In this document: piece after piece, positions 37,701 to 50,054 of the stretch
How the letters are laid out: every line of letters begins with the position of its first letter
Position numbering within the stretch: the stretch's first letter is position 1
Assembly (NCBI GenBank): GCA_973895155.1
Contig: OZ316896.1
Coordinates: 17,968,754-18,032,753 of the forward strand
Length of the DNA: 64,000 bases
DNA from: Marsupella aquatica
Lineage: Eukaryota > Plantae > Marchantiophyta
Reading direction: 5' to 3'
Program-made: the position numbers and the translations under genes
Notes under the pieces: model-generated
The model's database searches: none
What the model saw: only the letters and a program-made list of their open reading frames with translations
Told to the model about the DNA's origin: nothing

Positions 37701-40700
37701 CCGCAATTATTGATTGCAGTTCTACAATACGAATTGGCCGAATCAAGATTCTTATCCACATCAGTTTTGGAGTTGAGGTGCCTAAACTTACAGTGTCTGA
37801 AGTGTTTTAGGGAGTGGTAGATCCTGAGATGAAAGCAGCAAATCTTTAAGATTATTGTAAGCCAGGTTCAAGTGTACAAGATTCTCCGTGTCGTTCCAGT
37901 TTGGAATGCTATCAATGGCATTGTGACTAAAGTCCCTGCAAGAATTTAAATTACACAACGCATTGAAAACAAACTCAATTTTAGAGCAATGACCATGGAG
38001 TAAATTTCCCTACTGCGTATAATCCTGACCGAGGCCTGACTGATTATATGTACTTTCACATTTCCAGAGTCACAGGACCCGTCAAGCCTGGGAATTGAGC
38101 ATATGAATGGTATACTTACAATACGGTAAACTTTTTTATGTTAGAGAATTTATTGATGAGGAACTGAAAAGTCTGGCCGTCGACTCCACTTCTTGTGATG
38201 GACCTGAAAGTAAACAATGTCACAGGCTCAAGATTGTCCCTTTGCAAAGTTAAATATTGAATGACATCTCAGTTGTATGCGAAGTCTATTTGTGGACGTC
38301 TTTTAAATGCCATGATGGACAAGCTGTCGGCACTTCATGTGATAATGACGACAGTTACGTATTATGATTGCTGTCAATGGAAGACCATAAAAAGCTTGAG
38401 TCAATTAATTTTAAGTGCACAAGATCAAGATTGAAGTTGGAAGTAAGTTTACAAAATGAAAATAAGTGAAAGGCTCAGTAGGATCTGACTGGACCTCATT
38501 ATGGTTGAGCAGCACGTCTTTGAACAAAGCCAACAGTCACTCTTGTTCTTAGTCCAGACAGACATTGATTGTTACGAGAATTCTGGGACAATTTCCCAGC
38601 AAAAGACAGTTCAGACTTACATGTTTGTCAAACTACCGAGGCTTGGGCTTGCTGAAGCTATTAAGAGATCAAAACCACTTTTTGGGAGGTTTGAGAGAGA
38701 TCTGCACAGGAGATAACTACCGTAGTCAGAATCAGAAGATCAATATTGAGCCAAAAGAAACAAGAACAAGAAATGTCACAAATGAACAAATCTTGAGAAA
38801 ATTTCACGATGGTTCTTCCATCTCTCTGTTTTGTGTCAGGAGGAAGGAAGCGGCTTACACGTTGATGACATATATTGACGATCGCAAAAACCCCTCCTGA
38901 ACGACGCACTGCGACACAGACCTCCCGTCTGAAAAGCACGGTTGTCGAATAGGTTGGAAAGATGACGATTCCAAACTACAATCAAGCCAGTCATGGGGTA
39001 CTGGGGTACAAGGATCTCCTTGCCAGTCAGTCAAATTGAAACTTCCTTTCAGAGCTGTGATAGCTTCGTCTGTGTACAACAGATTCAGGTTAGCACTCAT
39101 GCACTCTGCGCTGAACATACATCCTCGTTCTTTGCAAAGTTTGCACAAACTAAGCCAATTATGCTGAAAATGAACTGCATTTTTTCCGAGACAATAACAC
39201 AAAGAGAGAATAATGTGACTAGAGAGTGACTCAATCTTACCGTCAGCTTGACTTGTTCTGGAGAAGTTGAAGTTGTATTGAATATAACCCTCGACAGCGT
39301 TCAAGATTGGACCGTCCGCGAGACTTGCCCCTGACTCCAGACTGACTCTTAAGTTTATAAAGTTCGATGATAGAATGTAGTTTGGAGTTGTGAACATGCT
39401 GGCCTTATTAGAGAAATTCCATGCGGGGGGGCTTTGCTGCCCGTCCAGAGTGATATTCAAGGGATAGATTTGTGAGTCGGATGCATTCAGATGTTCAGTG
39501 TAAAGAACAAAAAATGCGTATGCTCCTGGAGACAAGGACACCTGTGGATCGTCGTTGAAAAGGCTGGCGGTGAGCCCGTCGAATGGATAGGCCAACAGCC
39601 AGCCGTCGCGCATTACTTTGGGCGGGACGTAGTAAACTTCTGGTCTGATCAACTGGTCTGGTGCAGCTGACGTAGAAATATTTGGCAATTGGTGAGAATC
39701 TGAAGGAGCAAGGGCCTCCCAGTATCGATCGTATTTGTCGTCAGGGTACCTGATCACATTTTTTCATGATTAGAAAAGAAAGGAAAAGAGAAGAGAAGAG
39801 AAGAAGACAAGGAAATGACCAATCGACAAACTAGGGTACTCATCCGAAATGCAAGCTTCAGAGAGACCTTTCTGGGTGTTCTACAGTTACTGTATGTTTT
39901 CATTTTGAGCCTGGACTCTCGTGGTACTTTAAAGCTGTATCGATTAGAATCGATCTGAATCACCTAATGAATTATGGAAAAGTTCGAATTGAGGCACTGT
40001 CCTATGTGCTTTGAACGCTGACTCGGACGCTGGACCAGACAATCCTCATCGTAAATTGAAATCAAATAAACCAACTCGATTGCTTGCTAACCAATCTATT
40101 CTGACATTCTATACATTCGCAATGAAGGGTGTAACTGTGAATCATCCGACTGTCAGTTACAGAATCTTACCTCACGGCAGGAACACTATCGCTAGCTCCA
40201 ATATTATATCTAAACAGGAGGGTGAGATATTGCAATGTACTCCCGCTGTACTGATACATAGTCGGTTCAAGTTGTCGTAGCTCCAAGGACGAGATGAAGG
40301 GGATGCCAAGCCTTGGTTGCAAGCACACGTACATTACAGCTCCTGGAGAATAGAAGATGCCCTCTTGCGTAACAAGGAGATCAGGTAGTGAATTGTCTCC
40401 GTGTGCCAAAGAAAACCACTTCGTAGTATTGATGCAGACGACAAATAGGAATGGCTTTCTCTCATTTAGCACTGTCGCGTTCATGTAGAATCTGACACGA
40501 ACCAGGTAGGTAGCGTTGGGAGTCGTGGGCAGCTCGTAGCAATATTTGTTGCGGCCCTCTGGAAAGTATCTAAAACTTTTCAAGGACGCGAGCTCGCTTA
40601 CATCTCCCCGAACAGAGGGCATCGAAAAGCTTCTCCCTGATTTTACGTACGCTCCATCGTCGGTGACCCAATGCAAGGGCGGGTGCGAGGGAAGACTATC

Positions 40701-41192
40701 AGTGTAATTGCCTTGAGTACTCCCGCAATCGATGCTGAGGAATCCTGCAAATTCAATTGAAACAAATGACTCTGGATTTCAAGTTCAATGCTTGCGGCCC
40801 CTTTCTATATATGCGTTATGCTCAAGAAAGAGCAAGTACTGTGGTCCTGGGCACCCCTACCAGCACAAGAAAACATATTCTCTAAAGTTTCTTCTCACGA
40901 GTTGAACAATCCAAATACGAGTCAATGCCTGAATAATACTTAATCTTCAATCCTCAACGCGTGTGAGTTTGATTCAGGCGTCGATGCACACAGACATCTG
41001 AAAAGTAATTCACATCGATGAATACGATTCAATCATCCATAACGGCCACGAAATGAAAGGCGAACCTGTTTGTGCATACGACGGCGTCGGCACGTTCATA
41101 CAAATCGCAATGAAAAATAGTGCAGCCGCAAGATGGCCCTTGGATAAGATAATTTGTCTGCAATAGCTCCCTCCTGCGATTGAGGTAGCCAT
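31736..41192 (-). CDS. Malectin-like/LRR receptor-like Ser/Thr kinase, copy 2 (tandem paralog, same exon structure)
   Basis: ATG at 41192 (MATSIAGG...SYAQT|GFLSIDCG). Malectin-like exons ~40744-40171 and ~39749-39241, WQGDPC exon 39069-38859, LRR exons to ~36068, TM exon to ~35141. Kinase exons carry HRDIKPAN and DFG and end at SAVNGR*. Confidence 0.93.
34432..34846. mobile_element. Tc1/mariner-type (Stowaway-like) MITE in an intron of RLK copy 2
   Basis: Imperfect TIRs (TACAATGTTGACCATAATCAGTAT vs the reverse complement of ATACTAATTAGGGTGAACAGTGTA), flanking TA, AT-rich interior. Absent from the homologous intron of copy 1. Confidence 0.65.
35545..35627. repeat. Short intronic direct duplication (CACAACCCTTGAACCCAAGATCTATTGGTCTACACT x2)
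   Basis: Directly visible. Confidence 0.85.
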
Positions 41193-41258
41193 GGACTTCG
41201 ATCGACACGATCTGGCGTGATTTTTCCCGCATGCAAAACAAAATCAAAGCTGGGATTA

Positions 41259-42450
41259 TCATGCTAGTGCTGCTAGTCCCATTTCCACTATATTCATCGT
41301 CTCCGTAACCTTCAGTGCGTCGATCTCATTGCTCCTCAGGTCACTCGCGGCAGCACTGGGCACAATTGTGAAATTCCAGTGACTCCCAATCAAATCTTGC
41401 CGCCATCCAGTATCCCCTTCATTGGTATCAGTGCAAATACTCCTCAGGCTGAGAGCTGGGCTGAGTGCTCACAGCACCTCCAACTCGACATTCCAAAGTT
41501 CGACAAGATTCAAAATCACATCCATGCGCAAGGGCACCCCATTCTCGATACAACTTAGTTTGCAATCCTTGAGTATCCCTTGTGTAAATCATTCCCTAGG
41601 CCCATCGCAAGGGATCACGCGCAATTAGGATGTAGCTGTAAACTGCTCGTTCAATTCTGCTCTGCTGTCATCTCCCATGTCTGGACCCACTGAACAATAG
41701 ACTAGTAAGGAGTCAATAAATTGACACAATACTCAAAAACCAGACGTGTGGCACTCACAGGCATTTCAGTTGTGGCACTTCCCAATCCGGGCCCGAGAGA
41801 AATTTACGAACCAAACGGATTCCAGCAGTGTCAAGATTGGAACAAATTTGCACATTCTAGCTAGTGGAGACTGCTCCTCGATAAGTCTTCTCTAGCTGCC
41901 TTCATCTGCAAGGTCTAGATCTACTGTTCACCGGATTGTTTCGATGTGGCCGTGTTCGCTAAGATATTTCAGAGTAATTGCAACCGTGGAGACTTGCAAG
42001 GTGAAGGGCGATCCAGATTTCAGGTGAGAAAAGTGCCTGCCAAGTTTCTTTCATTCGATTTTAATTTTGCAGTGTATGTCATCATGACCAGACCTTCCCA
42101 TCTCCATGTCGTCCTGAGTTCCAACAAAGTCAATTTCAACCGGGATGGAGTGGTTGAGGTAAAAGGCAGCCTCCACTTCGGCACGTCGGAATCCTCTCTC
42201 TTGCGTTGTGAAGTGTCCACTGACAGAAGTTCGCAGAAATGACCTCAATGATTCTTTCAATTGTAGCGACTCGTTTAGATATTCCATTCCTGAAGGTACA
42301 GTGTAGTTAGTTGATCGATGGCCCATAGCCTCTTGGTGTGGTTTGCAGTGTGTCTCTGGCGAATGGGTGAGAGAATGTTTCCTTTTGATGGAAGCGCTCC
42401 CTGGTCAGCAAAGAGGATAATTATTCATCCATGTCAACTAAAAGTGAACC
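41259..42450 (-). pseudogene. Decayed gene of unknown family directly upstream of RLK copy 2 (paralog of 28327-29640)
   Basis: Co-linear nucleotide similarity to 28327-29640 with independent indels and stops. Confidence 0.55.
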
Positions 42451-43731
42451 TGCTATATTCCCTGTCTATCACAGTGCCGTACCCGAAGCCGCATGCAAAT
42501 AAATTTTATTTATGTGATCACACGTTGAATGCGATAACATTACTCGATAGAATATATTGTGGGATAGGCTTTCCAGTTTTCTGGCAAGTAGGGATTTTGT
42601 CTTCTCTTTTCCTTGGTTGGCATTTTGGTTTCTTTTGTTGTGGCTTGGACTCTTGGGTTTAGGGGGAGTTTTTTGGTCTCCTTGGGGTCTTCCCCCTTTG
42701 TCCACTTTATTGGGTTTTTCGCATTTGTGGCCATGTCTCCTGGTTTGGCCACTTTGTTCTATAAAAGTGTGATATATAATGCCCCCAATATAGTGAGTTT
42801 GGGGAAGAAATTGAAAAATTAAATGCCTGAAATGACGTCAAGGCAGTGTGTAAAGAAAGAAGCAGTTAAAGTGCCCCGATTTTAGGCCGTGCAAAATTTA
42901 GTTGGCATGCTGCGGCATTTTACTTTTTGTTTTATCCTTTTAAGACTTTTGTACTTTGAGTTACAATACAATTTCTGACTTTGGGTTACATTACAACTTT
43001 TGACTTTGGGTTACATATGCCTAAGTTGCTTGGTCATCGTAGAATTGGCACTCTTCAAAGCAAGGTGTACAAAATAAATGCATTAAAAAATGCAAAGCCA
43101 ATACTCCCAAAAGTCTTTACTTTGTGATAATTATCAATGTCTGTCCGTCACTGAAAGTGTCTACCCTGTCTAAGTGCCATCTATCCTGTCTAAGTGCAGC
43201 TGCCCTGGTAGACGTCCCAAGCATACACTTATCCGTTGTATGCATTATGTTACTAGTGCACACGATATTATTTATGCATTTCTCTGTATGTACGGCATGG
43301 TTGTACTACCCAATAATTGTACAGGAAATAGTCAGGGGGAAATCACTTATGCACTTCCCATATGTGTTCTCAGGTAACACACATGGAACTCCTTGTACCC
43401 TAAGCTCTCATATTGCACAATTCAACTGGATAAATGCATGAAGCTATTTTATATAGTTTTTGGCTGCACTTTTCAGTAAATATTTCTTATGTATGAATTG
43501 TAATTATGACTGATAAATACATGTGTATACTTATATTTACGGAAATGCACCTAAATGTATTTGTCGTTTGGTAAGAGTTAGCCTGTACTTATGAAAACTG
43601 AACTTTTGGGTGTATATTGATATTGTAGCGCATTCGCTTAAATTGGTGTAATATGAGGGGCTTAAATTGGTGTAATATGAGGGGACAGTATGGCCAGCCT
43701 GCACTTAGCCATGGAATGCCCTTATTGATGT

Positions 43732-44302
43732 TGCTATATGGTGAATGTAACTTTCAGTATTTTGTCTTATTCAAACTTCTTTCTCTATGTATTTTTATTT
43801 CAATGTGTCTTACCAAGGTGCATCCCTTGTATAGTTTAGATTTTGAATTTATTCTGGCGCCCCTCTAAATTTTTTAATCTTTGCTATATTTAACATCATA
43901 CACCCTTTAACTAAGCTCATGGAATTTTAAGCCCTTATTCTCATGAGTGAAGAAGAAATGATCTAAATAATAAAGTGCACCCCTTGTGTCTTTAAGTTCT
44001 ACTCATGATTTTATGTCCTAAATTTATGGTTTTAATTAATTTGAGTGTCATTACCTAAGGTAAGTACATAAATATCTCTACTTGTGTACATAGACTTACT
44101 TTTTCCTGCTCATTAGTACTTTTCTTTACATGTGTATTTTTACTATTGTACCTTATGTACACAACTTTTTAATATCATAGATTGTAAGTCTTCTTAGTCA
44201 GTTTCCTAGTTGTAACTTATGTTTGTCACAAAACAATTAGATCACCTGCATATCACTAAAGACAAAAAAATGAAGCATGTTCCAAGATGAACATGCTATA
44301 TA
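43732..44302 (-). repeat. AT-rich dispersed repeat, copy B (inverted relative to 12163-12744), flanked by a 38-bp direct repeat
   Basis: Reverse-complement match to 12163-12744. TATGGCCAGCCTGCACTTAGCCATGGAATGC(C/A)CTTATT occurs at 43689-43726 and 44301-44338. Confidence 0.85.
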
Positions 44303-47300
44303 TGGCCAGCCTGCACTTAGCCATGGAATGCACTTATTCACATTCCTGTATCACTTTTAAAACAAGAGAAAGAAATCCCATGCATCCTCAGCAACGGCAA
44401 AAGAATTAAAGCTTTATTGTGCAACAAACTGAAAAGTTGGTAGAGCTCCCGAGTAATCACATGGGAAAGTCACAAACAGGAATTTGAGTAGAGACTCTCA
44501 AACCAACTGCCTTAGCACTACTAAGAAAAACAAATGCCTTGTGTGCTGGAGTGCAATTTTCTTCTCCTTGCCATCACCTTCACTTCACTGTATGCTCCTT
44601 CACTTCACTTTATGCTGTATTTTCTATCGTCTGAGCACTATATTTTTCTTTACACCTCGTAGGTTATCATACCATCTCCTTCACTTCGCTGATGCAGCAC
44701 TTTGTATCGTCTTAGCTCTATATTATTAGTATACCTCCTCTTGTTTACCGTGCCATCTCCTTGACTTGGCTCATGCTGTACTTTTTAGTGTCTTAGCTCG
44801 ATATATTTAGCCTACCTCCTCTTAGGTTACCGTACCTTCTCCTTGACTTGGCTCTTGCTGTACTTTGCAGTATATTATTAAGCACTAGACTTTGCCACCA
44901 CAGTTCCGATCAGTCAACCACGTTGGCCCAATCTTCAAGCCAAGCGATTATGCTCCAGTTGGAATTTTCAGGGTGAATTTGAATCTAATATGTGGAGAGG
45001 TGAAGGCTGAAGCAAATGGATGGGACCCACTGCACTGTCAACTACACTGACCAGGGTAATTGGTCTTATCTCAATATTAGCATTTGTTTATAATTAACCT
45101 TAGTATACGACATTAAACATTGCTTGCTTTGACATTTGAATACCAGTCATTTAGAGTGGAGGAGATTCGTGATACGTGGATAGAGATGAAACTTGCCAAA
45201 TCATCAGAACGAAAAAGAATTTGATTTATCCCAAAATGTAATTTATCGAGGTCATGATGTCACAAGCCCCTACAGCAGATCGATGAGACTAAGATCTATT
45301 TTCTCGTTGAGGTCAGATTCCCGTTCCTTTAGTTTTCCACCCTTCGTTCGTCTCTTTCACCTTTGCCACATAATGGAAGAAAGAAATATAAGGCCCAAGC
45401 TAGAGATGACCTCCGTTTTGGTGTGAGTGTGTTATCTCTGGTCCATTTATTCCATCTTTCCAAAAAGTTTTTCCAACTTTTGGTGAAAATTTCTCTAGGT
45501 TCATCAGGCTAAAAAGGAAAAACCTCAAAGATTAGGCTGGTCTTCTGGTGCTCATAATTGTACATTCTCTATGTAGGGTCCCACTTCTTTGCTTGCGCGG
45601 CAAATCTGGATTGATCGAGGACCGACAACATCAATTCATTTCTGACGAAGTAAGAAGTAAACCTTTGTTCATAGTCATGTAATCAGCGTTTCTCCAATGG
45701 CAAAATTCAGCTAGATTTCTCCTCTCTAAAGAGGAATCTCTGAGCCACTTTTGGCAGCAATTCCCTCATTATCTAGTTGCCCATCAAAAAGAGACCCCAG
45801 TGACCAGAGTGTAAGGGTCATTCTTAAATTAACGTAGAGAGATATGAGGGTCAGAATGGATATACAGGAATGTTCATAGCATCTTCTCCTTCACACAAAA
45901 GATGACATTTGTCACACTGGGAAGACAGAAAAACCTTTACAATCACCTAGATGTATCCCACTTTTCTCAGCTTAAGAATTCACAGCAATCTTTAGCTTTT
46001 GCCTCGATGAGGTTAAACAAGAGTAAAGTAGGAGCTCTTTGAACGAGTGTAAGCTCGCTTGACTGATGAAAGGAAAAAGTATAGACGTTAGGAACCAAAG
46101 GAATTTTGACTGTATAGTACTTCGCTTGCAAGAGTCAATATTTACAAGTTGTCACTGTATATCTTCCAATTGAAAAGTGCTATAAAAGTAGCACTGACTT
46201 TACAAGACTAGTGGGCACTTGTAACTGTTTTAAGTGGTGGGCTTACAAGAATATGGGGCCCATTGCTTGAGAGATTATTGAACAGGTGGGACAAATAGAG
46301 CAGTTGGACGAGAACCAAAAATGTAAGGCTGCCAAAAGCAAAGAGGTTGTAGCGTTGACATGGTAGATACTTATCTTGTCAATCTTGTGAATATAATTTT
46401 GATTTCCAACTCAGAAAACTGAGAAATCTGTTGTATGTACCTAGGTAGGAAAGCAAGACCCTAGGAGTAGTTACAATAGAAGAACGCGTGGAAAAGTTCG
46501 AGAAACATAATTCTAGCTCCACAAGTAGATGTCAAGCGTTAGACAGTAGTACCCTCCCCCATGCCGTTGTCAATAATAAAAGGCAGGAAAGGCGACTTTC
46601 ATTTTGATAAGGTCAATATATGGTTCCTTGAAACTCAGTTATAATAAGCCCAACGCGACTTCAATTTGATATGGTCAATGATTCCTTCGAACTCATTTAT
46701 AATAAACCCTTGGACCCTTGGTCCTGCGTACCTTGTTCTATTCAGGTGAGAAGAGAATGACCCCCAAATTTTCCCAAGTGTCAAAGTCCTTGAGGCCGCC
46801 AAAGTTGGAAAAATCCAGAAGTTATCTGGCCTTACTAGACGTTGGGGTGTGGGCCTTTTCACAGCTTTCTACCAAAGTTATTCTCGCAAACAATTCACAT
46901 AGAGTTTTCTAGACTGGCGGGACACACTAGGTTATCTTGTCTTATTAGAATTGTTTGTTACATATTTTTATGTCAATTTGGTCTATTCTATGCTTTTTGT
47001 TTGTATTTTTTTGAATTTAGTGATTTCTTCCAACCCTTTAAATTTTTTCAAGTACTTAGTTTTAAGTATGTTGCTTAAATTTCTATTCATCCTTTTATTA
47101 TGACGCCTTGTCATATTCCTCTAGTTTAACTATTTATTTATGCTATAGGGACTCCTCCTTTTCATGAGAATTCATTGATAAGGTAAACTCTCCAAACTCT
47201 ATCCAACTACTGTAGGACACTATCCAACGATGCCCTGTAATTTATATGTCTATTGTCTAAAAAAATTCCAATGCTTATGGTTTATAGATTAATAGGTGTC

Positions 47301-50054
47301 AACTAAACAGAGCCCCTACCTAAATAGAGAGCCCCCAAAATTTTAGAAAGGTACAAAATAATTTACTTGGCTTTCATCACAAAATACTGGACCTACAAGG
47401 TACACTGACTTGTAGATTCAATTTAATGTACTTCTTTCACCCACAGAGTACCATACATCTCTTCACTTTAATGATGTATTTTTTTATAATTATTGTTTCA
47501 ATAGTCTTGAATAAGATATGATAGCTTGTGTTGTATAAATTATACTTTATTGTGAATAAGTCAAAATAGGTGTGTGTTAGAATGGGCCAGCTATATAGTT
47601 AAGTGTCTCGGGGCTAAACGAGAGTTTCTAGTTCGTTTACTGCCCCATGTCTGTAAAGCAAACTGCAATCACCAGAAGTCACGCTTGGGACACATTTCAC
47701 CTAAAGGTTGCATCATTCTTTGTCCAGCTCCCTCCTTGCTCTGAGTGGAGAAGATCTGAGGGTGGTCCACTTTAATGCAAACGACTGAAAATAAAATTGG
47801 ACCAAGCTGCCAGATGAACAGACCTCCAAAGGATGTGGTCTAAAAATGGGACAAAAATGTGTTTCATGTATGCTAAACTTAGGCCCCACTTGATTCCAAG
47901 TTGTATCCACAAAAGTTTGGCAGGAAACTGCCCACAATGTTTGTAAATTGAATGCCAACAGTATCTCCCCATTGGACGGCCCCAATCACTTCGTAGAGAC
48001 CAGAAAATAAAGAAAATTGCCTCACTGCCTTGTAAAGCCACCCCAGTGAACTCCAGTTGGGGTTGAGGTTTTGTGCAAAAGCTGGATGACTTATGAAGCT
48101 GGAACTCAGAAACTCACTTGCCTCAATGGAGATTGTTATTGTTGGGCTACTCTTTTAGAGACACCTAGTCTCTAGCAAACTCTGCACTTTTGTGGACCCA
48201 CAACCCATAACATTCAGAAATGTGAAAACATCCATCCTCATGTCTTCACCTTTTCGGTGTGATGGAAAATGTGCAATCATGCACAGCTTTAGACTGCGAA
48301 ACCCTATAGACAGCACTATGTACGGTCTAGGATTCACTTTGGACATCTCCCCACAAGGAGAGCATTGATTTACTTTGATTCTTGGCTAGCTCAAAAAGCT
48401 TTTCAGTTTAGCTTTACCAGACTTTTCAGTTTTGGGGGGGTCTTTCTATTCTTCTCCACTTTATGCGGCTTTCTGGCTCCTAGTTTGGAGCCTTCTGTTA
48501 TTTTCCAGTGTTATATATATTAGAGTCCTCTTCCTTCCAATGTGAGTACTGTATGTTTTTTGCCTCGTAAACAATTGCACAAGAGCACGTACTACTGTTC
48601 CCCTGCATGGAAATTTGTGGGTCTTGTGACAATGCAGACATCTCGACTTGAACCATACGCAATCAATTACCGTCAATTTGTAGTTTTCTTCAATCTCGTC
48701 TACTACCTCGTTCTGGTGACTGCATAAAATTTGGTGTTGGAAAGTCTGGTCAATCATGAGTCTTAACCTTTTTTGACTCTCAAAGTCCTGTGGTAAATTT
48801 GGTCCTCCGTTCAAGTCCTGCACTAGCTCCCCTTGTGGGTATTGAATTAATTTGTGGGTAAGCGCCACCAAATCGAGGTCTTCTTCTCAGGTGCAATTTA
48901 AAAAGTCCAGAGGACATGACATCTCAGAAACTCTACTCTGACGCCAGGGTAGTCGCAATCCGATTCACTGTCAGCTCTCTGACTTGTTGGTGAAGGTTCG
49001 TCTTCTTGGAGTAATTTGTGGGGAAGCGCCACCAAGTCCAGGTCTTCACATCATAATTACATTTTTGGACATTCGTACCTGCATATTAGAAAGGCCAGAG
49101 GGAATGAAATCTCAGAACCATTTCACTGTCGAGATATTCGCATTCCGATTCAGCTCACAGTGCAGGTGAGCAAACACACCACTAACTTTCAACAGGTGAC
49201 AGTGATCTAAATTTATCCTCATGTTCTGAAACAGCAAGATGCATATTTCAAACCTGTGCCAGTATCTGGACCAAGGTCTACCTAGCCAAAATCAATGGCC
49301 AAATTCAACCCTCGCGAATGAGTTCTGAGCCAGCTCCTAGACTCGGATACCAAATCCTGCTTCCTCCATAAACTACCCCTCGTGACAAAATCTACAGGGT
49401 GAAACAGAGGAGCTCAATCGAGGAGTAGGCTGTGGCTGTCTATTTCGAGCATTCAAGTAGGTGGTAAGGCAACCACCTAACAACACCAACTGGATATTGC
49501 TTCTGCAGGTGTGGTGCGTTTTATAAATGACACAAAATTCAGGGAGTGGTTAGCCAGATTGGGGGTCCATCACCGTTTAATAGCCTACACACCGTGACAG
49601 TGAAAAGAGTGACAGCTATTTAGTACCCAAGTCGACATTCTGCCTCCGTTGCAAAGAGCAGTGATAACAAAAACTCTTGTCCATGCCTCTGCAATCGCTT
49701 GGTGTAATGCCCAGCCCCTTGTCTCAAAAGGACTTCCATGACTGCATAATGCGATAAATATCTGGTCAGATACCCCAAAACCCATCAAGCTACTCTTCAT
49801 CCGATTTCTAAGGGCTCAACGAGTTTACAGGTCAGACCTGAGGAATAAACAAACATTGCTTTTGCCAAAGCCAGAAAGGAACGCTTTTGGCATTACTAGC
49901 CCAATTTTACTACAAAACCATTCCCCCTTTTTCAACAGAAGATTGTAAGTTCTCAACGTATCCTAGTAACAAAACATTCCGCCCCACCAAAATCTGTTAG
50001 CAACAAAAAACCAAAACATCTTCATCAAATTTTACACATACCTGTCTCTGCGCG

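Noticed and set aside
48461-48871. 136-aa ORF with a CxxC motif
   Set aside because: Non-ATG start, no family motif, embedded in TE-like debris.
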